Below are positions 54,401 to 61,317 of a stretch of DNA of 64,000 nucleotides, in pieces. The position numbers were made by a program, and so were the translations under genes. The stretch comes from an uncultured virus (IMG/VR IMGVR_UViG_3300025617_000008) (Duplodnaviria; Heunggongvirae; Uroviricota; Caudoviricetes), in the IMG/VR virus record IMGVR_UViG_3300025617_000008. One strand, 5' to 3'. Below the pieces are notes generated by a model. That model saw only the letters and a program-made list of their open reading frames with translations, made no database searches and was not told the DNA's origin. How positions within the stretch are numbered: position 1 is the stretch's first letter; the number at the start of each line of letters is the position of its first letter.

Positions 54401-57311
54401 CAGGAATAAAATTATATGATGTTGAATAGTACTCTTTAATTTCAAGCTCTTGGCCTTCTACTAAGTCTCTAATAATTCTAACAAATCCAAACTCGCTATC
54501 AAACTCATAATCAACTCCGTGAATTAATTGAGTTCCATCTAGATAAAGATATACTGCTTTAGTAGATGGTGTGTTTAAGTCAAATGTTTCTGTTAAAGAA
54601 AACGTCTTAATTCCTTCATCTTCTACAGTATATTTGAGTACTTTATTAGCACCTGTGCCTAACATATCTGTGTTAGAAAATGCGCTGGTATCTGGCTTAG
54701 AACTACTAATACCATTTAAGATGTCGTCTAATAAAGAAACTACATCTTCGCCACCAAACGGAATAGTAATTGCTTGTTTTAATATATTACTTTTATAGTT
54801 TTCGTATTGTTTAGCAGAATATCTAAGTGATTTAATAATGTTATTTTCTTTATCACATAATAACGGCAATGCTGTGGCTGCCACAGAACTATACTTTACA
54901 AAACGCTGTCCTTTATTTTGATAACCCTTTAAATCTCTTAGATTACTAGTGCCTGGAAAACTACCTTGGAATTCATCTGTATAGTTTACCATCGATCTTA
55001 AATGATCTGTTGCTTGACCTAGTGTAAAACTAGTAATAGCAGTATTCAGTGGATTACGCTCTAAACTTTTGGGGAATTCATAAAATCCTAAATTAGGTTC
55101 GTCATCTGAAAATACTTTAAGCGTTATAGCATCATCTTTATTAAATTCTTTGTTTGTAAAACTAAATGTTCTTAATCCTTCAACAGTCGAAACAACTGTA
55201 TACTCTTCTTTTATAAATTCACCGTTAAGGTAAAAATATAATTTAGGTTGTACACTAGTGTTCCAGTCAACATTTGAAAACACAACTTCAGAACCATTTG
55301 CTGGCATTGTATATGTTTGTAGTATTGCTTGATCAAAATCAGGATCAGAAAGAATATACAAGTTATGATAACTGTAATCTGTAAGTGTATTATTAGTTTT
55401 AATATATCCTGTATTAATGCTTTTGTTTAAATTGTTGGCATTAACTTGATATGTAAAATTATCAGTATCCCAGTTTGATTCAAAAACAATATCTCCGCTA
55501 TTGTTTAAATTCTGATAAGCGATTGGAAATCCTAATTCTGTATCGTTAGTTCCTGTACCTACTTTATAAGATACTAAACTAGAGCCTACAAAACTAGATG
55601 TTTCATACTTAATGTTATCTGAAAAACTTATGCCGTCTTCGTCAAAAATATCAAACTTAGGTGACAAATTAACTGATGTTTTTGTTTGGCTTTTAATCCA
55701 ATTCTCACCATCAAAGTGATACATCAATCCAGCATTAACTTTACCAAACTTTACAATAACACCTTCACCGGCTTGTGTTAATGTGTCATCAGCTTCTACT
55801 AACGCAATTTGAAGATTGTTAGCAATGTTATTATCTTGAATAGCAATTTTCTTAACTACAAAAATTTTATTTTTTACTAGCGGATCTTCGTCTTTAGTGA
55901 ATAATATTCTAGCGCCTTCAAAAATATCAACATTATCAATATTATAACCTGCTGTTCCTTCAATTGTAGAAAAAACATCTTTAGTAAAATCATCAATAAA
56001 ATCAATACTTTGTTTAGCAATAGAACAGTGATTGATCAATTGAAGATTAGAATTAAATTCGATAATCGGTCTTTTAGCTCTAGTAAGTTCACTAATTTTT
56101 GACGCAACATTATTAACATTAGCACTATAATCAATTACATCTCTATGAAACCACTTATTATATCGACTCCAAGGATTTCTATCCTTGCTTGACCTATTAA
56201 TAGTAATATAATCTTTATTAGATGGAAAACTTACAGCGTCATCAAACGGTAAGTTATCCCAACCGCCGTCATCAAATAACACATCAACATCGTCATTTGG
56301 TACTGGTGGTAAATCTAAATCTTGGAAACTAATTAGTTTAATAGATTCGCCTACACCGTCTACTAGCCAATCTCCGCTAGCATATATTTCAGGTTCTACA
56401 TTTCCTGAAAATGATACTTTTAGACCGTTTGTAAATTTAATATCATTAGAACTAGTATACTGTGCTTTTCCAATAATTTCTGTTTCAACATTAATTTTAG
56501 TATTTTCATCAATAGACGAAATTCTAAACATGCCTACTCTATCAATATTATTACCACTTTGATAATAAAGCACATCAGGACTATTAATCGGAACTTGAAT
56601 TGTTACTGTTCCAACTTCAATTCCATTATTCTGTACACCTGTATTATAATTGGCAATATCGCCTTCTGTTGGATTTCTTCTAATATAAAAAGGATCTCCA
56701 GGAGTATTAACATTAAAAGTGTATGTTTGCCCTCTATAAAGAGTTAATCCAGGATTAGGTGTTAAGCCATCTGGAAAGAAAATAAATTCGTTTTCGCCTT
56801 GGCTTCTTACTCTGTATTCGGATTCGACACCAAGTGCTTGACCGCTTACACTAACAGTATCAGGGCCTTGCGGTAGCCAATAGTATTCTCTATAATTAAT
56901 AAACTTATCCCAGTCAATTGGAGGATTCCAAGCGTAACTTTTTAATCCAGTTGTTAGATCATCACGCTCGTTGTTATTATTAAAAAATTCTAATTGACTT
57001 TTTACATCAAGATAATCATAAAAATCTGTAACACTTCCGTTATTAGAATCAGTTACCACAACGCCAGGTTCTAGTTGATAAGCATGTCTTAGTGATTCTT
57101 CTTTATCAATGTAGATATCTTTACTGTTGTAAGTTCTACCATAATTTCTTCCAATGTATCCAGAAATCCTGTCCAGTGTTCCTGGTTGAACAAGTGGATC
57201 TAAAGTAGCACTTAAAAACTTCCTATTAGTAGGACTTTTAAAAATTTCCGGAAGTAACTCATATGTCTCTCTTACCGGCAATTCACTTTGTTTGAATATC
57301 TTTTTGCTCAT
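42492..57311 (-). CDS. Giant (4939 aa) baseplate/virion structural protein (gp7-position wedge protein)
   Basis: Uninterrupted 14.8-kb ORF right after gp6; FG-GAP-like repeats, CBM5/12-like WxxxxxYxxGDxV repeats, GxGYxxxP repeats. Confidence 0.8.
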   Translation of the reverse strand: MSKKIFKQSELPVRETYELLPEIFKSPTNRKFLSATLDPLVQPGTLDRISGYIGRNYGRTYNSKDIYIDKEESLRHAYQLEPGVVVTDSNNGSVTDFYDYLDVKSQLEFFNNNNERDDLTTGLKSYAWNPPIDWDKFINYREYYWLPQGPDTVSVSGQALGVESEYRVRSQGENEFIFFPDGLTPNPGLTLYRGQTYTFNVNTPGDPFYIRRNPTEGDIANYNTGVQNNGIEVGTVTIQVPINSPDVLYYQSGNNIDRVGMFRISSIDENTKINVETEIIGKAQYTSSNDIKFTNGLKVSFSGNVEPEIYASGDWLVDGVGESIKLISFQDLDLPPVPNDDVDVLFDDGGWDNLPFDDAVSFPSNKDYITINRSSKDRNPWSRYNKWFHRDVIDYSANVNNVASKISELTRAKRPIIEFNSNLQLINHCSIAKQSIDFIDDFTKDVFSTIEGTAGYNIDNVDIFEGARILFTKDEDPLVKNKIFVVKKIAIQDNNIANNLQIALVEADDTLTQAGEGVIVKFGKVNAGLMYHFDGENWIKSQTKTSVNLSPKFDIFDEDGISFSDNIKYETSSFVGSSLVSYKVGTGTNDTELGFPIAYQNLNNSGDIVFESNWDTDNFTYQVNANNLNKSINTGYIKTNNTLTDYSYHNLYILSDPDFDQAILQTYTMPANGSEVVFSNVDWNTSVQPKLYFYLNGEFIKEEYTVVSTVEGLRTFSFTNKEFNKDDAITLKVFSDDEPNLGFYEFPKSLERNPLNTAITSFTLGQATDHLRSMVNYTDEFQGSFPGTSNLRDLKGYQNKGQRFVKYSSVAATALPLLCDKENNIIKSLRYSAKQYENYKSNILKQAITIPFGGEDVVSLLDDILNGISSSKPDTSAFSNTDMLGTGANKVLKYTVEDEGIKTFSLTETFDLNTPSTKAVYLYLDGTQLIHGVDYEFDSEFGFVRIIRDLVEGQELEIKEYYSTSYNFIPETPSSLGLYKSWIPEIYTDTSFARPKKVIRGHDGSITIAYGDFRDDLLLEFEKRIYNNIKQKYNTDILDIDNLFGGYDNSGVFTKEQVDNILELEFLRWPLIKGIDLYENLYYDADNQFTWTFNKTLDVKREQQMPRFWRGVYQYLFDTNTPHLTPWEMLGFTSKPDWWEDEYGAAPYTSNNLILWEDLRDGIIKDGERKGTYARYKREQLLDYLPVDADGGLLSPLASDVFIDFSTDYQDKFKFGDISPSEHAWRRSSVYPYSLIIAACLLRPFETISINLDRTFIKKNKVNQFVSKNTDTFINNSDIISSLASNTRPDGLLAFVINYLKSNAKTKENLYNLYSNLDIKLSTRIKGFIDKEQQQYLLDSKNPQSTQTGVFLPKENYQVFFNTSSPQFTTRYSGVLIEKVNGGFRISGYDQLNAIFKYYNFFSQQNDPVLDVGGVSEAFVEWNPGSFYIKGTLIKYQNKFYRSILAHEAESTFDSSKWKSIENVPTVGGAKAIKRSRFDKTTAVTFNYDTVIETVQSVVDFLLGYGKFLENEGMVFDVFNKDLGVVQNWETAVKEFLFWTTHNWAEGSILSLSPGATLLKFQNIGSVADNILDSFYDYNILRADGTKIDAEDIDIFRGENELLISPEENNEGIYFAEINYVQKEHVTIFDDKTVFNDVIFDKGPGYRQERIKSKGFRTVDWDGDYTSPGFIFDNVNIQSWKQYQDYKLGDIVQYKQYNYVSKVFQKGEETFKEENWSILDSNPTSGLVPNFDFRVNQIEDYYELSVDGINSTQKTLAKHTVGFQQRDYLQEIAEDDVAQFKLFQGFSREKGTNNAIKKVFDKVSTVDDDKIVLDEEWAFRMGSVGGTDQIDEAEFDLQANSFKLNPQPILFNGTTVNSDEYQNYILLNDSDYQLNNTSFSLPQKVYPVAENSAGYIFNSDVEWIKNDLTDFLDNTVSIEDIKNNDNVWTTFEPGSWNVYRYVISNVLIYNLETPDVDRIELITNKVHNFKVGQIVGINNISGLTGFYQIAAVEPKKIIIAIAGFKEAPSIDESTFSYVSYFESVRVASYSELVDKGFAKLPVGSKVFVDNNEETNGWEVVQRNKQYSVTQISEYGIAFPTGTGSAVTFAPQLNQTIVGNPGAAVKGGDVVRDSAVIVYSDGETGLIPLQILTPKNGLQPSYLGSYAEVLTVSDDGRWLVVGSPKASKVPSNYQEQFNPTADYEPGDTVLYAGKLYKATKRIFGDGSSIDLGSEDWQPVELLEANPLGAELFLANKGYTKQGAVDIYEYSNGQWSLKNSLVSPRQGHGELFGSSITIGKLEGIEGTSGDVTLTVNEIDNAGGIVSVKAAGASGLNDEVFENVSGFDISSDGQNATFDVTRSSGTPNYDIEVRSGGTGYAVGDKLYIQGTRVGGQPATGTSNNDIIIEVKQVDENGTILGADTFNNITGLVSGSVSELALFTVTKNKDVYNVRLRQDTTVSPAVPVQDGDGYKSRSIVQYAGFFYACIKDTGIDKGVWSATDTYDKGDVIKYPANSSQYWNVLKTVTNVIPGTDGTAYSAYQTLFPNTSPDYWERVSGFPFNVQYDANPTSPTYGTGNWVAWDEKDNSGNLIKYTSGTIIVIPGNLVGGKSPVNDITIRLNQVGDDGQVGPYPTKREGNIQNFSYTGTAALGIEYAGIPGPGSGTFLDVSPEDVSNPGTGAIFDVERKDGAYSATISVAGSGYVVGDQIKILGTDLGATDESYFMSISAPGSRDNRGRVYLYQFNGTKWTFLQDKEFVGIFNINRSYVENSIVWFENSYYKATSFFTSDGVTTPATSGVWEATNTINKNILPNINAYINDGSSLEQGTFDDEIENLDIGDKFGTSTAMSQDGNILISSAPYADTNNFENYRGVWRTTETYIQGDIVRRNDEYYELDSDSSLTSIDDAPEIDNKWVKIQNTSNPKTGVVFVYKKNENKVFNFIQEINKTSIPSLNPGDRFGENVIISNDAQTLFIGAPNADKNEKDQGSVFVFAWSGNSYVFKQKLQSNTNDYDERFGSNLSISPDGKTLAVSAEGAQTFDVATFDIDQTKFDRYTTTFADPLGTTGKVFVFNEYGGKWVLGEVFEDGLNNNEDFGRSLATSNNTIIVGSPKYLSTDPAFTEVVIGRIQKFEKQENVKPWEAIRTQLPQVDISKLKNLAAYEKDIYTKIADIDVIDYYKGKLLGIVEQNIDYKTPFDPAVYSKSENEEFTTQDEGQHWGEKQVGQIWWDTSKVKYLVYEQGDVVFRNGNWNSYAQGSSIDVYQWVESTLTPSNYAQKTNKDDPSITGTPLYDDTVYSVKQNINPITGNISSTKYYFWVKDKFDQEANSDKTLAASQVSDYIENPQNAGVPFAYIVDKDKITISNLKTLLSSDEFSVNIQYYKTDDNLNLIHNEYLLATESSKNDPNEDLERKWIDSLVGSDILGNQIPDPALSDKNKYGIASRPRQTIFVNRNVAVEQTITFINDALATLPLADEIDYEYLNLIDEKPSSVKNLYDVTIDTEAELVFQTTANIQEATLIANIINGHINTIEIVKSGFGYKRAPLITITGDGEGATAEATIDSFGRITSVTVTNQGKKYLNATPIVRPYSVLVESDSTVNGFWSIYAWSVREQQFYRTATQEFDTTKYWETVDWWEIGYSEESRISQSLPGLYAEPEVTLNDGELLRLDDYGSGGWAVLERVSDSSATIVNKYRLVGRNNGTIQIINKFYNTETESVGYDKTQTYDSNRYDTSASKEFRNILNAVKYNVFVDELDGYWNKLFFVNIHYVLSEQLYVDWVFKTSFLNAIHNVGNLEQKLNFRNDNLSAYQKYIEEVKPYRTKIRNYTSRYLNLDNTNTTVSDFDLPPKYDVVTNTINPVKLGDSEVDLQPWNNWFNNYTYEVTAITLTDSGSTYSTPPQVIFNGGGGSGAKARAYVSNRKVTKIVLLDGGSGYTSTPTIELVGGVGTQTQFSASAVATIGNSKARMFNSKIKFDRYSKTPTFKAFSDTEKFIETETFTGTGRTTTFDLKYPSTLDKGSIVITIDDEQLFSSDYTVTLFTKVINDITVLKGRLTLLVAAPEGSVVKVVYEKNDEVLDSLNRIDKYYKPTDGMLGIDKEIPDDGSEISTDYSQLVTGMDYGGVIVQGATFDIGAGWDALPWFTEGWDSAESNTKDFYIAADDSTHEFVLPEVPESGKIYNIYIRRKGETTTTRLDDPNFGTPSLVTNENAIMPTFIGDGSTNVITIPYPDEGIEIFDGDTLIFRPVDSDGSIDIQSANYIDAEVSGGTLLGSNPYSTATGILPEEIVIDGEKFISPDQVPAPEENVPGQVLETLSIKVFHTDRFGAPAVLSRIYTGDNNTSTFAIDQHILENASLLVFVNKQQQVDQVDYTVDYQNNLVRFINPPGFNEIIEVFSLGVGGVELLDVREFTGDNQTRYFLTGAPFSDTGRVFATVNGEPTTVGFINSNGVVNESNNTLVEFGVAPGNGDLIQIVVLSQESGQSESIVRINQERINLTPGTTEYPISFYDQLGSSDNSNVIVEYNGSLLKTIDSTYKIYDGEPVIKLNDDPKLSSGTIIPTQIRVFVNGTLLENAIDYIFNGADNEIEITKDINVGDTVLIENLADINYQIIDGNVTFSSLFNITNGDYIDVIWFTQYTEVDILRDVYQGNQNSYKLQRSVTDISSVWVYVNGTRLTPNIDFYVGPAGDSVYIKQTTVVSDIIETIVYSNKVYNTPLSYEIYRDVLSRNNYSRYQIIDVTLATDLNYYDTVINLSDASKLPTPGSGQPGIVTINGEKIQYLNKSGNELQNIRRGFQGTSIRPIHSAGTQVIDTGFTEQVPYNDEQDKVDFVSDGTSLLIGPLEYVPVKGGEFTDSNIPEGYGRCDNVELFVGGRRLRKDQFTMYDTTKAAYSPDGDVQYDAEFSVDGINEYIRLTDPVAPGTRITVIRRTGRTWYDRGESTVSNGNSLGEATTAIARFLQNSSTELPE

Positions 57312-60300
57312 TAACTGTTACTCGTCTTGGTTATAACTTGCGATTTTAACAAGTTCAATTCAGTTGCTGTGATAGTATCAACAATTTGTACATCGTCAAC
57401 AGTTGCCGCACTAACAAGAATCTCATCTGGTTTTGATTGTATCTCAACTAAACTTCCGTATGCTTGGCTTTCTTGTTTAGGAACCATTACAACATTACTA
57501 ATCTCTGGGGAATTATCTTGAATAATATATGCTAAAAGTTCACTAGCATAAAACTTGTCTCCAAAATCCCAATTTTCGATAGCAAAATAGTTTGTAATGC
57601 TTCTGATAATTTTTACCTTTAAATCATTATCATTAATTGTCATGTTTTTGTTTTTAACAACTTTAAATGTTGATTGGAAATCTGTATTTGCTTTTGTTCC
57701 AAATAGCGGAAAGTATGTCACTGGATGATATACTATTTCATCGCTAATAGTTTTTAAGTCTGCTAATGGAGAACCAAACTGTATTCTTAAACTTTCTGGT
57801 GTTGGTTCTTGTGGTGCTGTGCTTGTTGCTCCAATTAAATATTTTCTATAGTTAATATCATACGATCTTACTAACAAATATATGTCAATAATGTTACTAA
57901 CACTAGGATCAATTCGTCTATCACTACTAGCGTTATGAATGTATTGGAATTTTAATCCGCTTCGACCGACATAAGCAACATACGATGGTTCTAAAATAAA
58001 TGTTCTTGTAATTAGATCAACACGCTTAATAAAGTTTTCTGCCTGATCATAAAAATAAATTAATTGATTATGATCATAATCGTTAACGCTTGTATTAACT
58101 TCTTTATCTTTAACTAAGATTGTGTTATTATCATTTTGAATAAATTCAAAATTTGTAAATCCAAAATTGTCTGTAGACTTTTTAAAGAACAAATACTTGT
58201 CTGTTAAGTCTGTTCCAACAACATCATCAAAGCTGTCGGGGTTGTCAATTACGCCATCGTCATCAGTGTCGTAAAATGTTACCTTTACACTTTCTGTACT
58301 TTGATAACCGTCTTCAAATCTTACACTGTCAGCAATTTCAAACTTAATATCGTTCTTTAACGTTCTGTCTTGATCAATAATTGTTGTAACATCTGTTACT
58401 GTAAAGTCTGGATTTGTGTTTTTAAGTTCAATAATCTTATTAGCAATATCTTCTGGAGAAAGTTCTTTGCCTTCTGGAATACTGTTAATATCCAAGATAT
58501 TAATTTGATCTTTAATAACTGTTCGATTTTTACTGTCATAGATTTTTTCTGATCTATCAAAGTAAAATCTATTTTGCTGAACACTTGAAAACACATAGTT
58601 TGTGCCTCGTACTCTTACTCTAAATTCATCACCATCATAAACAAACGCTAACAACCAACTAGCATCAGCATTTGTATTTGAATTGTCTCCGGCTTGTCCT
58701 AAACTAAAGTCACTAGCTAAATCAATATTATTACTTGAAATAACTTTCCATGTTCTTGTTTCGATATTATATCTTAATCCAAATGTTTGACTAGCAAAAC
58801 TTAAATTTAAAATTTCAGTTTCAATATCAACTGGTAAGTTACTAATAAACTTAGGAACAACCTGTGACGGAATAGCATTTGATGGTACAGGATCAGAAAG
58901 TGTAATCGGTCCAACGCCACTAGAAAGATTTCCTTGTCCAGCATTTGTACCATCGCCAACTGCTCTTACTACTTTAGACCAAATATACTTCTTGTGTGTT
59001 TTATCTGTAGGATCATAAGTTACAAGTGTTCCATCTTTAAATGCTTGTGTGCTAAGAGGAGGTAAAAACTTAATTAAACTACCTGCTTCAACAAATCTTA
59101 AGTTACTAGAAGTGTACACACCAACCTTAATTGGAAATTCATCAAAAATGTTACCAAAGTATCCTGTACTTTCATTTACATCTGATGTTGATTGTAACCA
59201 CTTAACACTAACATCACTTGTAAAAATTTTATCAAAGTTAGTTAGGTAAAAATTGTATGTTTGAAAATCCTCAATCGCTGGTTCTATTGTATTTCTAATA
59301 TAATTTAGTACAATATTTTTATTTGTATAGCGATAACTAAATGCTCTTTCTGTATTTGTTCTATAAATTAAACCATCATCAGCAAAAACATTTACCATTG
59401 AATATTTTCCGCTAGCATCAATAATATCAAAGTTTCTACTAATGCCGCTTGCTGTTCTGTTTATTGCTTTTACTTTTAATATTTCTTGTGAACTGCCTAA
59501 CGGAGCAAGATTATAATCTTCGCCAGTTACCATTCTGTTTTGTGTATAGTATTGAGCTGGCGCTTTTGTTCTAATTGATTCTATTGTTTCAGACGCTGCA
59601 CTATTATCAACTGTATATTGTAAAGACAGTGTAATTGTTAGTGTTTGACTTGAGCCTGTTCTACTATTGTAAGGAACTGAAATTGTAACATTGCGCATAT
59701 CTCTTGGAGAAATACTGTATGTTGTTCCTACTGAAGTTCTGTAGAACGCTCTAAACGATCCTTGCGGTAAATTTCCAAATACACCATCTGAGAATAGCAA
59801 GTCAACAGCATCATTTTCTTGTGTGATCACAGTATAGATGTTTTTCTCTTGGCTTGTTAAACTATTATAGATAATGTTGTTGCCTTCTACAGAATCTACT
59901 TTTGTCCAAAGTGTATCTAGTTCACCTTGAGCGTCAAGTCTGTACAACCAAACATCATCATTATTAATACCTTGTGATGTAATAGATACTTGTTCATTAA
60001 CTGTCGGCTGTGTTACTTCAAAGTCAGCACTTTGTAGTGAGCCTTGTTTAAACATCATAAAGAATCCAGTGTTAGCACTGGCATTTCCTTTGCCGTCTTG
60101 TCTATAAATGAAACCGTAATTTCTTCCAGGTTGTGGAGCATCTTCATAGATATAATCTTCATCAATAATAGAAGTGCTAGGAATTTCAAATCTTAAGTTT
60201 CTATCACCGGCAGACTTTGAAAAATTAAACAAAGGAGATGTAGTATTTGAACTGTTAAAACTATACTGCTCTGTAAAAATACCGTTAATAGTTTTTTGTC

Positions 60301-60823
60301 CTTGGTTCTTTCCAAATTCTGTATTTGGAACCATTGCCGAATTTAGTACAGTAATAAACTGTTCGTACCAATTTGGATTGGTAGGATCATTCCAGTTAAT
60401 TGTTTGTCCAGTTAAGTTAATACCCGCACTATCTGTAAGTTGCTCGTCTGTTTCTACTGAAGTAAATTTAAGTAATCCGCTAGCAGATACATTTCTTTTA
60501 GCATTGTAAGAAAGCATACGTGCTATACGTAATACACTTTCTTTTCTGCTTGCTAATTCAATGAAGTTTTCTCTACTGTTTAGATCCATTCTAAACGAAA
60601 GACTTTGTCCTAAGAAAGCAATAAGATCTATAAGGGCAACATATTCCGAGCTTTCAATAAAATCGTTAAAGTCTTCTGGATAATTTTCTCTTAGATACTC
60701 AACCATCACACGACGAAGATTTTCAAAGTCGTATGATTTAAAGTCAGCATTGCGGAAGGTCTGGTATATACGTGTCCAGTCCTCAGCAAGTATTAAATTG
60801 TTTTGTCTAGTTGTTGTTGTCAT
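57311..60823 (-). CDS. Baseplate wedge subunit (gp6-like)
   Basis: YDFENLR...FNDFIESS...LIDLIAF...ENFIELA...ARMLSY; ETIESIRTKAPAQYYTQNRMVTGEDY. Confidence 0.9.
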   Translation of the reverse strand: MTTTTRQNNLILAEDWTRIYQTFRNADFKSYDFENLRRVMVEYLRENYPEDFNDFIESSEYVALIDLIAFLGQSLSFRMDLNSRENFIELASRKESVLRIARMLSYNAKRNVSASGLLKFTSVETDEQLTDSAGINLTGQTINWNDPTNPNWYEQFITVLNSAMVPNTEFGKNQGQKTINGIFTEQYSFNSSNTTSPLFNFSKSAGDRNLRFEIPSTSIIDEDYIYEDAPQPGRNYGFIYRQDGKGNASANTGFFMMFKQGSLQSADFEVTQPTVNEQVSITSQGINNDDVWLYRLDAQGELDTLWTKVDSVEGNNIIYNSLTSQEKNIYTVITQENDAVDLLFSDGVFGNLPQGSFRAFYRTSVGTTYSISPRDMRNVTISVPYNSRTGSSQTLTITLSLQYTVDNSAASETIESIRTKAPAQYYTQNRMVTGEDYNLAPLGSSQEILKVKAINRTASGISRNFDIIDASGKYSMVNVFADDGLIYRTNTERAFSYRYTNKNIVLNYIRNTIEPAIEDFQTYNFYLTNFDKIFTSDVSVKWLQSTSDVNESTGYFGNIFDEFPIKVGVYTSSNLRFVEAGSLIKFLPPLSTQAFKDGTLVTYDPTDKTHKKYIWSKVVRAVGDGTNAGQGNLSSGVGPITLSDPVPSNAIPSQVVPKFISNLPVDIETEILNLSFASQTFGLRYNIETRTWKVISSNNIDLASDFSLGQAGDNSNTNADASWLLAFVYDGDEFRVRVRGTNYVFSSVQQNRFYFDRSEKIYDSKNRTVIKDQINILDINSIPEGKELSPEDIANKIIELKNTNPDFTVTDVTTIIDQDRTLKNDIKFEIADSVRFEDGYQSTESVKVTFYDTDDDGVIDNPDSFDDVVGTDLTDKYLFFKKSTDNFGFTNFEFIQNDNNTILVKDKEVNTSVNDYDHNQLIYFYDQAENFIKRVDLITRTFILEPSYVAYVGRSGLKFQYIHNASSDRRIDPSVSNIIDIYLLVRSYDINYRKYLIGATSTAPQEPTPESLRIQFGSPLADLKTISDEIVYHPVTYFPLFGTKANTDFQSTFKVVKNKNMTINDNDLKVKIIRSITNYFAIENWDFGDKFYASELLAYIIQDNSPEISNVVMVPKQESQAYGSLVEIQSKPDEILVSAATVDDVQIVDTITATELNLLKSQVITKTSNS

Positions 60824-60844
60824 CTTTGTCTATGCCCTATATGC

Positions 60845-60850
60845 TATTTA
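60845..60850 (-). promoter_or_regulatory. T4-like late promoter core TAAATA
   Basis: Upstream of gp6; the same - strand motif occurs at 31023-31028, 32851-32856, 37602-37607 and 42489-42494. Confidence 0.6.
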
Positions 60851-60877
60851 CCGTATCTAAAAAACTGCGCATTTTAT

Positions 60878-61315
60878 TTAGACGTCAGACTTATTAAAGT
60901 CTAACACTAGTCTTTCAGTTAAGTTTAATTGTACATACTGTAAATCGACTTCAACTTGTATACCATATTCAGTAGCATCAACGCTTATATTAGATGGATT
61001 TACACGTGGATCTCTGTTAATAATGTCTTCAACATCGTCGGCAACTTTTTGTATGTTTTCTTCTGTCATTGGTTCGAATACCATTGACCATATTATAGTT
61101 CCAAAATCAGGCTGTTCTAGCTTCTCGCCTTTTCTAATATGGAAGTGATTAAGGAGATCTTGCTTTATTAGTGCTAGATCGTTTTCTTTAAAGTGATTTT
61201 TCTTTTTTCTAGAGTTAAATCCCTTATAAACCATTGGGCCAGCATCAACAGAGGTAGCACCTAGATTTGCTTCGCTAGATTCAACCTTTTGCTGATTATA
61301 AATTCTTCTAACCAT
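60878..61315 (-). CDS. Baseplate wedge subunit (gp25-like)
   Basis: IKQDLLNHFHIRKGEKLEQPDFGT...FEP...DPRV. Confidence 0.9.
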   Translation of the reverse strand: MVRRIYNQQKVESSEANLGATSVDAGPMVYKGFNSRKKKNHFKENDLALIKQDLLNHFHIRKGEKLEQPDFGTIIWSMVFEPMTEENIQKVADDVEDIINRDPRVNPSNISVDATEYGIQVEVDLQYVQLNLTERLVLDFNKSDV

Positions 61316-61317
61316 TA

